Positions 10,578-24,996 of a stretch of 64,000 nucleotides of DNA are shown here, one piece after another. The DNA is from Haliotis cracherodii. Lineage: Eukaryota. Where the stretch lies: the NCBI RefSeq assembly GCF_022045235.1, contig NW_027266275.1, positions 21,762,001 to 21,826,000 of the forward strand, in the 5' to 3' direction. A program made the position numbers and the translations under genes. The notes under the pieces are model-generated. The model made no database searches and had not been told where the DNA came from. It was given only the letters and a program-made list of their open reading frames with translations. The first letter of the stretch is position 1. Every line of letters begins with the position of its first letter.

Positions 10578-13089
10578 ATTCCAGTTTCCATGACACAGAT
10601 GTTCATATTCACGTGATCCCGGAACATGGCATCTAGACATATAGCATTACTCACAATTACTGCTTGTTAAGTGACGAAATCGACATTATTATTACTGTAC
10701 GGTCGGTCGTAAATTGGTTCGGCAACTGTTACTACTTTTTGATGATTGGGAGGATTGTTTTGTGTGATATATTGTCGACCATTGAACGATGTATATTTGG
10801 GGAAGGTATATATATATAAATATATATGTACAGTCACTCTACTGACTAGTTTTGTATTAAGTGGTCCTCTGTGACGCATTTGAGGACACAACAGCATGAC
10901 ACTCAAAGTACAAAATTCAGTTGTAATGTCAGAGCAGAGATCCATATGTGTCATTGTACAAGGGGATTACCTTAAAAGTCAAGCCAGGACAGGTCGGGCC
11001 GGGCAAGGCAAACGGGTAATACTAAAAATGAATTGCAGAATATTAAACCGAAACGAGCGTATCTGGGTAAATATATCCCAAGTGTCCACAAATGTCTAGT
11101 TTTGTTCATGTAAATCGCGAAGTTCGGATCTTACGAACGGATTTTGTACAACCCCTAACGTTCGTTATATACTGAGATGATAGTTTTTAAAGCGGATGTG
11201 TCTTTTTAAAAAGAAACGTGTTTTCATTAAGACTGTGTCTACGAGTATTTGTAATATATATCAGGAAATCTTATGACGTGTTATAAATTCATCATTAACA
11301 GTTGCATATTTAAGAAACTTCGTTTTCGTTGGTTGATTACAACATTAATCGCAAATTTGTCAGAAAATGTACACCATTGAATGAAATGGACCTACTCGTA
11401 TAGTTGTGGAAACAAATTCATACCACCGAGCACGAACAAAACGTCATCATTATTGATGCCGATCCAGCTGGGTCTAGTTCTCATGTACCCTTCTCGCCGT
11501 GTTTAATTAATCGTGAACATTTAATTCCAATAATTTTCGAAACTCTAGTTTCTTGTTCTCCTATTTACGATGGAGGTATTGATTACACGCTTTGAAGAAT
11601 CTCCGTTGACACATCATCCTTGTGAGACTTGCGAGCAGTATGTTATCGTTGTATATATGACACCGCGTCTACAATATGTTAACATCGATTTTGTCAATCT
11701 GTCACAGCAACCGAAGACTTTTCACATTTTCCGTTTGGCCGCGTTTACGACAAATGTTAACCCTTGCGCATGAAGACAAGCGCAACCAACACAAGTAACC
11801 ATGTTAATAACATCTGGCACATATGGATATTGAACTTTGGAATAAAACGTTGCATTCGTACAAATCCATCAGTACAGGTTCCTATTCTACTACGAGAGAC
11901 CTGACCCCCTTCAACCAACCCCTCCTAACTCCACCCCTCCACTCCACCCTCCCCGCCCAACTGTGCGCGTGGCGTTGTCAAAATACCAGGTGCATGGCGA
12001 ACGAAATGAAGCGCGCATGTGCATTGCAAAGAGCCTCGCGCGTGCTTTTGTGAGAGATTTCCAAACCATGGCGAATAACCCCATAAGGTCACGTGCGTTA
12101 CTTTTGGTTTTGTCTTCTGGTGGCTCTGTCCAGGTGTGCATATGCATCCAGCCTCCGACAAAGGCCATTGTCAGTTAGGAAGGGTAATTAAATCTGTCGC
12201 CAACAAAAGATAGAATCGGCTAATTGAAAACTCGAACTTGAGTGATTGCCTTGAATTTTGAACTACAGAATCAGGTCTGGGGAGCGAAATAAAGCTTTAA
12301 ACAAATATGGGATATATGCAAGATGTCCAGATAACACACCAGCCGGTTATTAATTTGAAATATAATTTTGAAACGGAGCCGTGTGCAGGTGCGAATCATT
12401 ACGTGTAAAACAAGGCAGTTGAATCTGATAAAGTTGTTTTATGTGGAGGAAAAAAGTGTTTGTACAATGCTATTTTCCTGATATGTTCTATAATAACTAA
12501 GTTAATATTAATGCCTTAAAGAATATTATTATTTACTCTAATTATACTATTATTATTTACTATAATTATTTCTGTTACACATGCAGAGCGTTGGTCTTTC
12601 ATATTGATTGCTTTGCACGGTTTTATAAGGAATGGGTTTGTAACAGTGGGGTGGGGGTCGGGTTGGGAGTGGGAGAAGGAATCGGGCGGGGGAGGGGAGG
12701 GGTTGGGAGAGAGAGTAATTTTGAAATGTGGGTTTAAGTCTGTGAAAGAAAACAATGCCGTGAAGGTTAATTTTATTTCATTGTCAGGCGCGTGCCAGGA
12801 TATAAATGGATAGGCTAGGTCGCTTCAAAATGATAAAAGATAGCATTGGGTCACATACTTGTATCAAAACTTTATGATTATGACCGTGACCATGACTCGT
12901 AACGACACGGTCGTATTTGTTGAAGAAATTCGTCACTTTCGTTTGCGTCTCATTATTTCAGGGAAACGATGTTTTTACAATGTTGTATTTGTTTGTTTCA
13001 TCAATGACATGTAAGAACGGTTTCAAATTACAGTTGTGTTTTGAGATGGAGAGCAGCTCACTGATTATATGTTACTGATAGCATTTCCA

Positions 13090-13820
13090 CCTTCACTGTC
13101 CAGAACACCTTCACTACCAAGGACAACAACTCTGACTGTCCAGAACACCTCCTTCACTACCTAGGACAACTACCCTGACTGTCCAGAACTCCTCCTTCAC
13201 TACTTAGGACAACTACCCTGACTGTCCAGAACACCTCCTTCACTACCTAGGACCACTACCCTGACTGTCCAGAACACCCCCTTCACTACCTAGGACCACT
13301 ACCCTGATTGTCAAAAACACCCCCTTCACTACCAAGGACAACTACCCTGACTGTCCAGAACTCCCCCTTCACTACCTAGGACCACTACCCCGACTGTACA
13401 GAACACCTCCTTCACTACCTAGGACAACTACCCTGACTGTTCAGATCTCCCCCTTCACTACCTAGGACAACTACCCTGACTGTTCAGATCTCCCCCTTCA
13501 CTACCAAGGACCACTACCCTGACTGTCAAGAACACCTCCTTCACTACCAAGGACAACTACCCTGACTGTCCAGAACACCCCCTTCACGACCTAGGACCAC
13601 TACCCCGACTGTCCAGAACACCCCCTTCACTACCTAGGACAACTACCCTGACTGTTCAGATCTCCCCCTTCACTACCTAGGACAACTACCCTGACTGTCC
13701 AGAACACCTTCACTACCTAGGACGACTACCCTGAATGTCCAGAACTCCTCCTTCACTACCTAGGACAACTACCCTGACTGTCCAGAACACCTCCTTAACT
13801 ACCTAGGACCACTACCCTGA
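13090..13820. repeat. 43-bp minisatellite CTTCACTACCTAGGACAACTACCCTGACTGTCCAGAACACCTC
   Basis: About 17 tandem units. Confidence 0.95.
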
Positions 13821-15369
13821 TTCTACGTTGAAGATTGTTAGAGACAATATGTAAATAAATACGTTTTCAAAAGACTCATCAAATCCCATTCCCTGAGGAA
13901 GAGCAAGCGGCGCCGGATGATGTGAACCATTCGCAGACTTCCAGAAACCATGGCATCAGTGGTGCGTGCTGCACAGCTCTTCACAGTGATGGAAGGCAGG
14001 GAGTGTTTGTCCAGGGCATAAATATGTTTGTTATGACAGATCTGGGGCAAACGATAATGATGAATAAACGATGCTTGCTATCAATTTTCACAAACGATTT
14101 TCTTCAGACTGCAGAATATTTCATTTCTAATTATTCTGTCCATATTGATTTGCCAAGGATTTGCGTTTACAAAATTTTCGAAGCTGCAAGCTTACAGATT
14201 CACTTATATTGGTGCTTCTTGAAAAGGTTATACAGTGGAAACACTGACACAGCCTCCTATTAAGTAACAAGGTGCATACAATGTGTTATGTAAATATGTG
14301 TATTAGGCAATCCAGTCTATTCTCTATATGTTCTTATAAATATTAATGTCACCATTATCAACATCATCATTGTCGACGTCGTCGTTTTCAGCATTTTAAC
14401 ATTTGTATGATTCATTCAATTTTTTTATTTAAATTTGTGTGTGTGTCGGTCCCGATTTGTATTAACTGTACAAGATTATTGATGTAGAGGAAATAAATGC
14501 TTTGATGGAATTTTAAGTCCTTCAGCCAATGGTATCAACATAGCAGGAACAAACCACACAAAGTCGGCTTGCATAAAATATAAGGACAAGGTAAGGACGA
14601 AACATTTGGTCGGGAAAATACGTCTCGATTTTCTAAGAATATAACACTCCCCTAAATTTCAATTTCCCCCTACTTCAGTTCTCCAGCCAACAATTCACGT
14701 TCGTACGTTCACGAACAGCTGCTCCTCACAAGACGTCCGACAACGCTGTCGGCTAAACCCCAAAATAACCATCGTCTACGACAACTGTCCGCACCCCGGT
14801 CGATGCAAACCGCCCCCAGCAGTTTCCTGGAGTAAATGCCGAGGTGTCGGCGGTAACTGGTAAGCATGCAGTACATTGGCCTTGGTCAGCTGGTGTCTAG
14901 GCGGAATGTATCGGGATTTCATACATCTAGCTTTATTAATAAAGTTTAATACTACTCCATCATTATGCGGTTAGTATGTTTATTTGTATGATGGCTGTCA
15001 CAGTCCAGATGTGAACAGGATAGGCACGCTATGTGGAGTTGTGTCCCTTTGGCGTTTCAGGATCCGCTGGACGGGGTTCGACCAGATACTTTGGTTGTCA
15101 GTACGTAACTGTAGTTGTGGGTTTCATCGAAGTTGTAGACTTACATATAGTCTGTGAAATCTTTTATTACACAATGCATTTCTCTCTTCCAAACTTAAAA
15201 CAAATAATTTTCCTGAAATAATTTTCCTGATGCTGATTTTATGGAATAGAGCTGGCTAGACTTGCTTTTATATATACATGTATCTAGATTAGTTTTGTTT
15301 TCATAAAATACATGTATTCAAAGTCATGGTGCAGGGCTATCAAAGTTGTAAACGTCAAGGACATGACTC

Positions 15370-15807
15370 NNNNNNNNNNNNNNNNNNNNNNNNNNNNNNN
15401 NNNNNNNNNNNNNNNNNNNNNNNNNNNNNNNNNNNNNNNNNNNNNNNNNNNNNNNNNNNNNNNNNNNNNNNNNNNNNNNNNNNNNNNNNNNNNNNNNNNN
15501 NNNNNNNNNNNNNNNNNNNNNNNNNNNNNNNNNNNNNNNNNNNNNNNNNNNNNNNNNNNNNNNNNNNNNNNNNNNNNNNNNNNNNNNNNNNNNNNNNNNN
15601 NNNNNNNNNNNNNNNNNNNNNNNNNNNNNNNNNNNNNNNNNNNNNNNNNNNNNNNNNNNNNNNNNNNNNNNNNNNNNNNNNNNNNNNNNNNNNNNNNNNN
15701 NNNNNNNNNNNNNNNNNNNNNNNNNNNNNNNNNNNNNNNNNNNNNNNNNNNNNNNNNNNNNNNNNNNNNNNNNNNNNNNNNNNNNNNNNNNNNNNNNNNN
15801 NNNNNNN
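15370..15807. other. Assembly gap (N)
   Basis: N run. Confidence 1.
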
Positions 15808-15899
15808 ACTGACTGATTGACTCACTAATTGACACACTCACTCACCCACTTACACTAGATTTCGTGGATAATAAAATGATCTGAAATCATTATATAAAA

Positions 15900-16066
15900 G
15901 GGGAGGTTGGGGATTCTTGTGGTTAAAGCGTTCGCCCGTCACGCCGAAGACCCGGGTTCGATTCCCCACATGGGTACAATGTGTGAAGGCCATTTATGGT
16001 GTCCCCCGCCGTGATATTGCTGGACTATTGTTAAAAGCTGCGTAAAACCATACCCACTCACTCACT
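15900..16066 (+). mobile_element. SINE family B (tRNA-Asp-like head, ~165 bp)
   Basis: GTGGTTAAAGCGTTCGCCCGTCACGCCGAAGACCCGGGTTCGATTCCC head; tail GCGTAAAACCATA-(CTCA)n. Confidence 0.85.
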
Positions 16067-16084
16067 CTTTATTTCAAAGAGTAC

Positions 16085-16320
16085 GGGGCGCCACAATTCG
16101 CTGAGCATTATTGTGTCCCTATGCGTGTCAGACTCCAAATTTCAAGAGTTCGATTCCCGTTTCGCCGTGATAATATTGCTAGTTTTGTCAGCAGCTTACA
16201 AGTGAACCTTTCACCAAAGTGGTACACGTTTAAGAACTGCGTATCAGTCGTTCCTCCAACATCAAGCTGACACGCCATGAACTACCCGAGAAACTCTGCG
16301 TTAAACCCCATTCACTCTCA
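16085..16320 (+). mobile_element. SINE family A, diverged
   Basis: Collinear similarity to family A from head to tail. Confidence 0.7.
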
Positions 16321-17202
16321 TTTATAACAATCACTCCTGCTTAAAACACAGACTAACAGCGTCGAAGAAGGAATGTTTCAAAAACGATTTCATCTATCAT
16401 ATTTAAAGGACTAAACAGGATGACCGAAATAGAAAGTTCAAAGAGCAAGTAAGTGCGAATGCATAAATTCATAAACATTTAAAAAGTCGTGGCGTTACAA
16501 TCTTGCCAACAGGGAAGCTATTTTGCAACTGGCATGCTTGACTTTATTGCTCAAGCTTGTCGTGCATCTAAAATGAAAAGTGTGTTCCCAGAATATTTAT
16601 AGCTAGGCAGCAGATGTGATAGAGACAAATACTGCAATTTTATGACGGTTTTTCTTCTTTCTCCAGTTGTGCTACCCAAATACCACTGCTGCAAGTGTGC
16701 TTTTGTGCTGTATGCCAAGATGTGGGAATTAATATAATTATGCAAAAAATGCATTTTTCTTTTTCTCGACACTTTTAATCTGCTCGTCAGGTGGTTGAGT
16801 TGAGCAAATTCCATTTGGCGTTAATTGTTGCGACAGATTCACAGATGTTGCTTGACGTCGTGGATGGCGCTGATTCGGAAATGGTTCGATATTCGGAATG
16901 TTTCCATGGGGGTTTAGCAGCATCAAATTACGGTCATTGGCGTTGTAGAGGCGACATTCTGAGGTCTCTGAATAAAACTTGTTAAATAAACAGTGAATGC
17001 GTGTGGAATTTTTTGTGTTTTTCTTTTCAATACTGACGTAGAAGACTGAAAAATCTCAGAAAAATGTACAGCTTGGAGCGTGTACTACTGACAGGGTCTT
17101 ATAGTATAATATGAAATAGCCCTATAATGAAGATGATATTGGTCATACATTGGGTACTGAATTTCATGGCGCCAAAGTATAATTGATTATTGTGTAAATA
17201 TA

Positions 17203-17445
17203 GGCGCGGGTGGCCAAGTCGTCGAAGGCGCCGGAATTTACACGGCAGAGAAGCGTCGCTTTGGCGTGTCAGAAACCTATGATCGTGGGTTCGCATCCGA
17301 AATTTGTGTTTCTAGGTTTGTCTGCATCCTACCCGTGCTCGTGGGTTTCACCAATGTGGTACGAGTGCATCACTTCAGGTTTTCCTCCACATTCCCCGGT
17401 CACGCCATGGTATAACTGAAAAACTGTTCAAACGGGCGTTAATCC
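17203..17445 (+). mobile_element. SINE family A, diverged (a separate A tail fragment lies at 17571-17648)
   Basis: ggcgcgggtggccaagtcgtcgaaggcgcc head; gtgggtttcacc..ttcctccacatt body. Confidence 0.75.
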
Positions 17446-18243
17446 AGAACAACACAGCCATAGACCTACATGTATACACAACCAGACCAATGTTATGATG
17501 ACTGATACTCGCGAGTTCATTATGTTAAGAAATAGAAATTGTAAACATTTCTTACAGTATTCTATTGCATCAAGCTGACAACCCTTGGTATAACAATAAT
17601 ACTGAACAAGCGGCGTTAAACCCAGCTCACTCACTCACTCACTCACTCTGAACGATGTATGGACAGCAGCCGTGACTGCCATTACGTGATTGGTATTCTA
17701 TGGGATGCCTTCAAGAAGATATCTCCCAGTGAAGTATTGTTTATATGTCAATCCATTTTATAGCTGGATAGCGTATTTCATAGTATTTGATGGTCAACAT
17801 AATCTGGTTCTTGATGGTCAATGGTCGAAGCAATTATTTCTACTTGGAAAATAGTCTCGTGTGAGTTACGGGTTAAATGACACTTGTTTTATTAATTACT
17901 TATGTCTGAACATAGATCAAGTATAGACAATAGAATTACGATTAGTCCGTTCCTGGTCCGTGGGGATTAACAAGAGACATTTAGCACACATTAGTTCTTT
18001 TACCGCCCATACACAATTTGACATAACTGTAAATTGGAGTTGGTTCACGACAGTGTTTACATAATTTAGCTATCATTTTCAGAATAGTTTACATTAATAT
18101 CATATAATATTTAATGAAGTACATATTCTATGTAGACGATCTTTCCAGCTGATATTTCTGCTCCTGTTTAAAGAGCTTTGGCCGAATTGTGCAACTATAC
18201 TTCCAACTTGCAAAGCGAATCATGTGGTACTTTGGAGTGTTCT

Positions 18244-18390
18244 TGTGTATGGTTTTACGTCACTTTTTAGCAATATTCCAGCAATATCACGTCGGGGGAC
18301 ACCAGAAGTGGGCTTCACACATTGTACCCATGTCGGGAATCGAACCCGTGACGAGCGAACGTTTTAACCACTAGGCTACCCGACCGCCCC
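18244..18390 (-). mobile_element. SINE family B
   Basis: Reverse complement of B with a small internal deletion. Confidence 0.85.
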
Positions 18391-18614
18391 TCTTAAAGAA
18401 ACTTGTTCGAGTCGAATGTCGTTTCTGCACGGGATTCCGACAGGTTGCAAACATTAGGCCGTTCTTTGTGTCTTGTCGGACTTGCAATAAAAATGTGGCT
18501 TCGAGCTTATGGTCATCCTTCGATCAGCAGGAAATGGCCAAAATATGTCAACTGTTAAATATTAAGAAACAAGTTGACTTTTAAGATCTGTAACCTACGA
18601 ATCCTCCACACCCA

Positions 18615-18720
18615 GGGCCCCTTTCCACAAAGCGATCTTAGCGCTATGTCGATTGTAAGTCTATGTTAAAGTAAGAGAGTTTCACCGATTTTAGCACTAC
18701 GGTCGCAGTGGAACGGCAGC
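18615..18720. mobile_element. Small MITE with imperfect TIRs (Harbinger/Tourist-like); second copy at 63578-63677
   Basis: Ends ggcccctttccacaaagcgatcttagcgcta and tagcactacggtcgcagtggaacggcagc are imperfect inverses; the internal gtaagtctat.ttaa..taagagag is shared with 63578-63677. Confidence 0.6.
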
Positions 18721-20996
18721 ACAGTCAGTTTGGAAAAAAATGTATTGCGAAACAAGAATACTTTGTTAACAGTCAATCAACATCACGTGAAGAAATTTGA
18801 AAACTTGACATTTGTTTTCAGACAGAGTATAGATTTTCCTTGATATATAAGAGTACTTTCCCGTTTAGAAGTGTTTTGCACACTTATTAAAGAAAACCAT
18901 ACGATCTTAAAGTACGCATTGACGTCAATTAATGGATTAGTAATTTCTACACGAAAAATATGATCATCAATTTTCGCTGTATAAATATCATATTTTACAA
19001 GATAAGGCATCATATTTTCAAAATGTCATTGTGATGCTTATTTTCATAATGGCTACATTTCTGCTGATCTGCACAATCATGTGTTCAAGCATCAGACGTG
19101 ACGTCTGTTTGTGCTCCATCTCGACACACAGCGAATGAGATTCGAACCCAAAAGTTGACATTGTTGTGTCTGATTACCTCATGCACAAATACAGAGAACA
19201 ACTTTCGAACAACAGTTTGATTTTTATGTCCATTTTGGCAAATATTACAAAAATAAGAATATGCGTATTCAATATATTTCAGTATAATTCAGTTCACATT
19301 AGCGGGGCGGTGAAGGCCGGAATTTGTCAAAATTTTGCTCTTTGGGTTAAAATCACCAAGCGGGGCACACGTATACATTGAACCATTCCGAACATTTCTC
19401 GATATGGATCCAGTCCAGCAGCGCCCCTGGTGGTAGAAAATCCAAGATGGCTGCCAACGTGGTTGAAATCTCTGTTAATGCTAATCTATACTCACTATGT
19501 CATGATGATCTGGTCAGACGTAATAATTTATGCAGGATGTATTGCAACAATACTATGTATAATTCGAATCTGGTATGGAGCCGGCTGGTGGGGACGAAAA
19601 TCCAACATGGCCGCCAAGATGTTGGATTTCAATCATTTCAAATAAATTTGGCTTAAATCAATTCCAAGTAATGTTTTAGTTTGGATTTGGTTTAAATTAT
19701 GTAACTGTACACACAAAACGACAAAAGTATCGAATCCTGTCCGCAGTTCCATATCTGAGAGCTCACAAACAGGATGACGTTCTCATATTTGAACTTGATT
19801 AAGATATTGGACCAACAGTGAAACAAGCATAAAGTCATAATAATGATTTGGAGTCATAAATGCTATCTAGGGCAGCAACAATTATCCGCAGAGATGTTTT
19901 CAGGTTGAAAAAAACTTTAATGGGATCCTTTCTTCTGACTGCCACGAACAGTCAGTGTCTGCCTCTTTGAAAGCTGGAGCCAGTATAATATTTGATGGAC
20001 CAGAGATAAAGAAACAATCCTCAACAAGTGACACACAGTCTTGGGCGTTCCAAACTACATGTATCTCAGAACACCTTGCCTTCAACGTGTGAAGTTGGAA
20101 CACAGCTCATCAACACAGAGACACAACAGCAACGAAGCAACGCCAGTCCCAGTTTACTTAGTATTTAACAAGAAAACGTGATAATGTTGACACAATATGG
20201 GTTTGTGCATATCGTATGACTGTGTCTACAGTATTTCAACAGATACATCTTCCCGAGACAAGGGTGTTAACTGACCACCCTTGCCGAACTAGGCTGGAAT
20301 TCAAGAGTTAAAGTTTGGCTGGACTAACGAGTCTATGCACAGTCCAATCAAAATCTCGTAACGAAATCGACATCCGGTTCCTAAACTGTCGTGCAGATTT
20401 CGGTCGATTGCAGGATTTGCAACGTATGCGTACCGCCAATTGGGCGTCAACAGATATTTCCCACATCTTTTAATGTTTTTAATCAAGGTGCTCACATGAT
20501 TTGCTGCACTTCGCGAAGTAAGAACCGTTTTATTATTGACTGTCGATCAGATCATCTTGACTGGGCGCCGCTATTTTGTTTGAAGCAAATGCAAGTGATA
20601 GGAGGGACATAGAAGGGACATAACTCATAATAGCCACTGGTGGCGCTATGATCGAGCCCAGAAATTCCAGTCTAGTTCGTCAAAGGTGGAAACTGGACCT
20701 CCATAGTCATGTAACTCCCCTGTCACGGGAAGATGCAAACAATATAGCATCACAGTTTGTGACGTGTTTGAAAACAAAGGCGTGGCATGCCCACCGAAAC
20801 TCTCGAGAGATAACATCTATTATATTTCTATAACGGCAACAGATTCATTTTATGGTACGAGCATTTCACTGTTGCAGCATCCAACAGCTGGGAGGGAACA
20901 TCATATCATGTTCTTGTGATTGAAGAAAGAACACAACAAAGGAAAATCATATCCAAACAGCCCACAGTATATACTAATGTACCCCCATCCTGTTTT

Positions 20997-21256
20997 GGGG
21001 GCACGGGTGGCCCAGTCGTCTAAAGCGCCGCGATTCGCTGTGCAGAGAAGCGTCCCTTGAACACGCCAGACACCTATGATTGACCCACATTAAGCTGACA
21101 CGCCGTGATATAACTGGAATAATATTTAAAGCGGCGTTAAACCCAACTCACTCTGAGACCTGCATCACTTCGGGATTTCCTCCCACATTAAGCTGACACG
21201 CCGTGATATAACTGGAATAATGTTAAAAGCGGCGTTAAACCCAACTCACTCACTCA
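20997..21256 (+). mobile_element. SINE family A, rearranged (internal deletion plus duplicated tail)
   Basis: 13-bp TSD cccatcctgtttt at 20984-20996 and 21257-21269. Confidence 0.88.
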
Positions 21257-22382
21257 CCCATCCTGTTTTAGCAAGAGGGGTAATTATGTGCCTTATTTTA
21301 AAGGACCTTTCACTCAAGATGTAGATAGTGTTAACACAGTGCATGGTCGTCAGTAAACTCTTGTAACACGTGAAGGAAGTTGCTGTTGGACAACGATGAT
21401 TTCCTCTCATGGGTAGTATACAATACGTTATTACACTCCCCACAAACATATCCCCAGACACCCAATGTCAGGACAATGTTCTACAATGCACACTCTATTG
21501 CTATGATACAGAATTCAATTAATGTAGTTAAAAGGCTATTGAGCTCACAGAGACAGACCATGTATCGGTATATGATCTCTACTGAAAGATACCCCGTGGA
21601 CGCGCCAATGCACTGTCTTGATTACCGGATTCAATTAGCTTCTGTTTCTAAGGTGCCGATACATTTATAGCCAGAGCAGATATATCATCTCTTAGATATC
21701 GATTTTCAATGCAAAAAATTGTTTAAAAACAAGACTACTTCAGTTCGTGAAACCAATCTGAAGGGAAGACAGGCGGTCTTTACCGAGTAAAACCGATGAA
21801 ATAATGGCATCCGGAAATTGATAAATGAGACAGCAGGACCGGAGATCCACCTGCCTTAAATCTGATTGGTTAGAAATCTAGCACTTGAGCAAAAGATTGA
21901 TTTTGCTCCAGCTGGGAGATTCGAGCAATAAAGATAATTTAATTGTAAGTGCTGTCCCATAGATGCGGAAAAATCGAAGTCAAATAAATACCGTTGTTTG
22001 TTGGAAACATGGAAGCAGTAGCGTGGAACTTGGTGATGCAAAAACTCCATTAGAAACAGTCATGGATGTGAACGTAAACTCAGCTCTTAAAAACCTTAGA
22101 CACCATAAGTGCGTTCGTGACATTGAGTGTATCATTAATTGAATTTCGGTGTCATTACCTATGTGCATGCAGAAATAAAAATAACAGGGATGCAATAGAT
22201 GCGTTATGTTTAATAAATGTTGGTGATAATTTGTTTTTGATGTGAGTATTTTTACGAGATGATAGATACTATACAATGACGACTGAATATTGTCAGATTT
22301 TATATATCATCATAATGAATTTATGGAATTGTTTCCTCTTTGAGTGAGCTAAACTGTAACGTCCCATCTGCAATTTTCTCGG

Positions 22383-22530
22383 TGTGAGTGAGTGAGTATG
22401 TTTGACGCCATCTTGAGAAATATCACGACGGGGGAAGGGCTTCACGCAGTGTATCCATGTGGGGAATCGAACCCCGGCCTTCGGCGTGACGAGGGAACGT
22501 TTTATAACCACTAGGATCTGGACCGCCTCC
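22383..22530 (-). mobile_element. SINE family B, diverged
   Basis: Reverse complement of the B head and tail. Confidence 0.75.
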
Positions 22531-23174
22531 TAAACGTAACGGTGTGTGGCATTATCAGTATATACATTGCAAGTAGTATCGGTATTCTATTGCGCGCAAC
22601 TGAATTCTTTGTTCCCGTCTTCGTTTTCCAGATGGCGATTGTTTGGTTTCCTGTCACGTGATATCGTCACGACTGGGCTCCCGTCTATCGGCATCAGACA
22701 TCTTCAGCAACCGTGTCAATATCGTGTAAACATGTTTTGTTCCTTATCGAGAGCATGGTTATCTCGGTTTGCAGTGCGCCAAGACATCTGAGCCAAGAGT
22801 GCCAACGAATACTTGGCTAATCGTCGTGAACCGCCGGGTCTGGCTGTCCTCGTTTATAATTGTACCCTAGAAACTGTAGATGTAACTCATTTACAGTGAG
22901 ACATCGTTAATTCGGACCCCGTGAAACCGGACCTGTCAGTCACGAGACCCCGCTGTCGGGATACTTCTGTTCTGGAACATCTTAAAGACTACAAAAGACT
23001 TTAACAATCGCACTATTTCATTAAACCGAAATTTGCTAATCATTTACTTTGAGAATGTTTTCGTCCTGATTGACAAGATTTAGTATTTCTTTAACCATTT
23101 GCCTCGGGATAAGGGTGAAAGCATGGCGGGAGTCAATAACATTACTCATTTGTTCTGAACAAGATTTCCCATTC

Positions 23175-23304
23175 NNNNNNNNNNNNNNNNNNNNNNNNNN
23201 NNNNNNNNNNNNNNNNNNNNNNNNNNNNNNNNNNNNNNNNNNNNNNNNNNNNNNNNNNNNNNNNNNNNNNNNNNNNNNNNNNNNNNNNNNNNNNNNNNNN
23301 NNNN
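23175..23304. other. Assembly gap (N)
   Basis: N run. Confidence 1.
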
Positions 23305-23950
23305 TGTGATGCTGCTGCTGATGATGGTGATGTAGGTGGTGAGGGTGATGATAATGAGGATGATGGTGGTGGTGGTGATGATGGTGATGTCATGTGATGA
23401 TGATGATGATGATGATGATGGTGCAGGTATTGGTGGTTTGTGGTGCTGCTGCTGATGATGGTGATGTAGGTGGTGAGGGTGATGATAATGATGGTGATGT
23501 CATGTTATGATGATGATGATGATGATGATGATGATGGTGCAGGTATCGGTGGTTTGTGATGCTGCTGATGGTGGCGGTGTAGGTGGTGAGGGTGATGATA
23601 ATGATGTTGATGGTGGTGGTGATGATGGTGATGTCATGTGATGATGATGATGATGATTATGATGATGATGGTGCAGGTATCGGTGGTTTGTGATGTTTGT
23701 CTCTGATGGTGGTGATGTAGGTGGTGAGGGTGATGATAATGATGTTGATGGTGATGATGGTGATGTCATGTGATGATGATGATGATGGTGCAGGTATTGG
23801 TGGTTTGTGATGCTGCTGCTGATGGTGGCGGTGTAGGTGGTGAGGGTGATGATAATGATGTTGATGGTGGTGGTGATGATGGTGATGGTGCTGGGTTTGG
23901 TGTTTTGTGATGCTGCTGCTGCTGATGGTGGTGGTGCCGGTGAAGATGGC
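23305..23950. repeat. (GAT/GGT/GCT)n-derived compound repeat with a ~120-bp higher-order unit
   Basis: Recurrent ggtgcaggtatyggtggtttgtg and gtaggtggtgagggtgatgataat blocks. Confidence 0.9.
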
Positions 23951-24996
23951 AATGATAGTCAACTTGTCTTGCGCTAATCCATCTACAAGTTAGTTGCTCA
24001 CAGTTAGCACCAAGCTAAATGTTCATGCAAACCCGGGTCGTGTAAAGCAAAGCGAGGGTGCAGCTCAAGCCTGTGACTTGGCAGGGCGTTTGTTTCTACA
24101 GTAACACATAAGTATATAGTGTGTGTTGTGAGATCAGCGAAGGGAACAAGCAATTGAAGGGTTAGTAAATATTCGCATGCAAACACACACCAGGGTCGTG
24201 GATAGCGTTGTTCCGCTCCTTGGCAGACTGCTATATGGGCATTTAGCGACATATTTGTTGTATTCAACGTGTAACCGAATAGCCACATGCAACAATAAAA
24301 GAATGTTGTCTGACATTTTATGTAGGCAATTCTACAGATTTCAGCTACAGCGAAGGTAACACAACCCGATCACCCACTTCTACAGACCTCACCGCCCAGA
24401 TGGCTGGGAGCAACATGCACGAGCTGTTATTATAAGACATTTTTATCGCCTCTAATACGGCGTTGTCGTATTATATCCGAATACTTCTTGCTTTTTCCAC
24501 TTTGAGCAAAATGGTCTTTGTTTCATGCAAAACTGCCGCAACACGTGTTTAAACACAAAATATCACTGAATTCGATTGAGATCGCATTCCTGCTGGTGTA
24601 GTTCCAGGAGAAAACGGATTATATTCTTGCCCCAGGCTCCGCGAACAGGTGGCAGACATGTTGTGGTATATATGTTTCTACGGAAGCCCGACAGGGATGT
24701 CACCGATACGAGTTTTGATGGGGTACAGCGATATGTTGGGGTCTACTTCAGTTAGGTAGCGGGCAAATGACTCGATGTCTCCGTACATCTGTGTCTGTTT
24801 ACCTATATATATTACTGATCCTGTGCAGGATTCCCATCTCTATCAATTGCAATTGCGTTTGTTTCCATGTCTATCATTTCAAGAAAAAAATACCCCCTGG
24901 TCTTTATCAACCTATGACATTTTATGTATAATATAATCAAATATGTAATATTGATATTTGTAACTGGTTTTTGTGTTTACAGGAATGTATGTATGT

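Noticed and set aside
15284-15841. ORFs spanning N gaps (also 23070-23393 and 32074-32509)
   Set aside because: Artefacts of unknown bases
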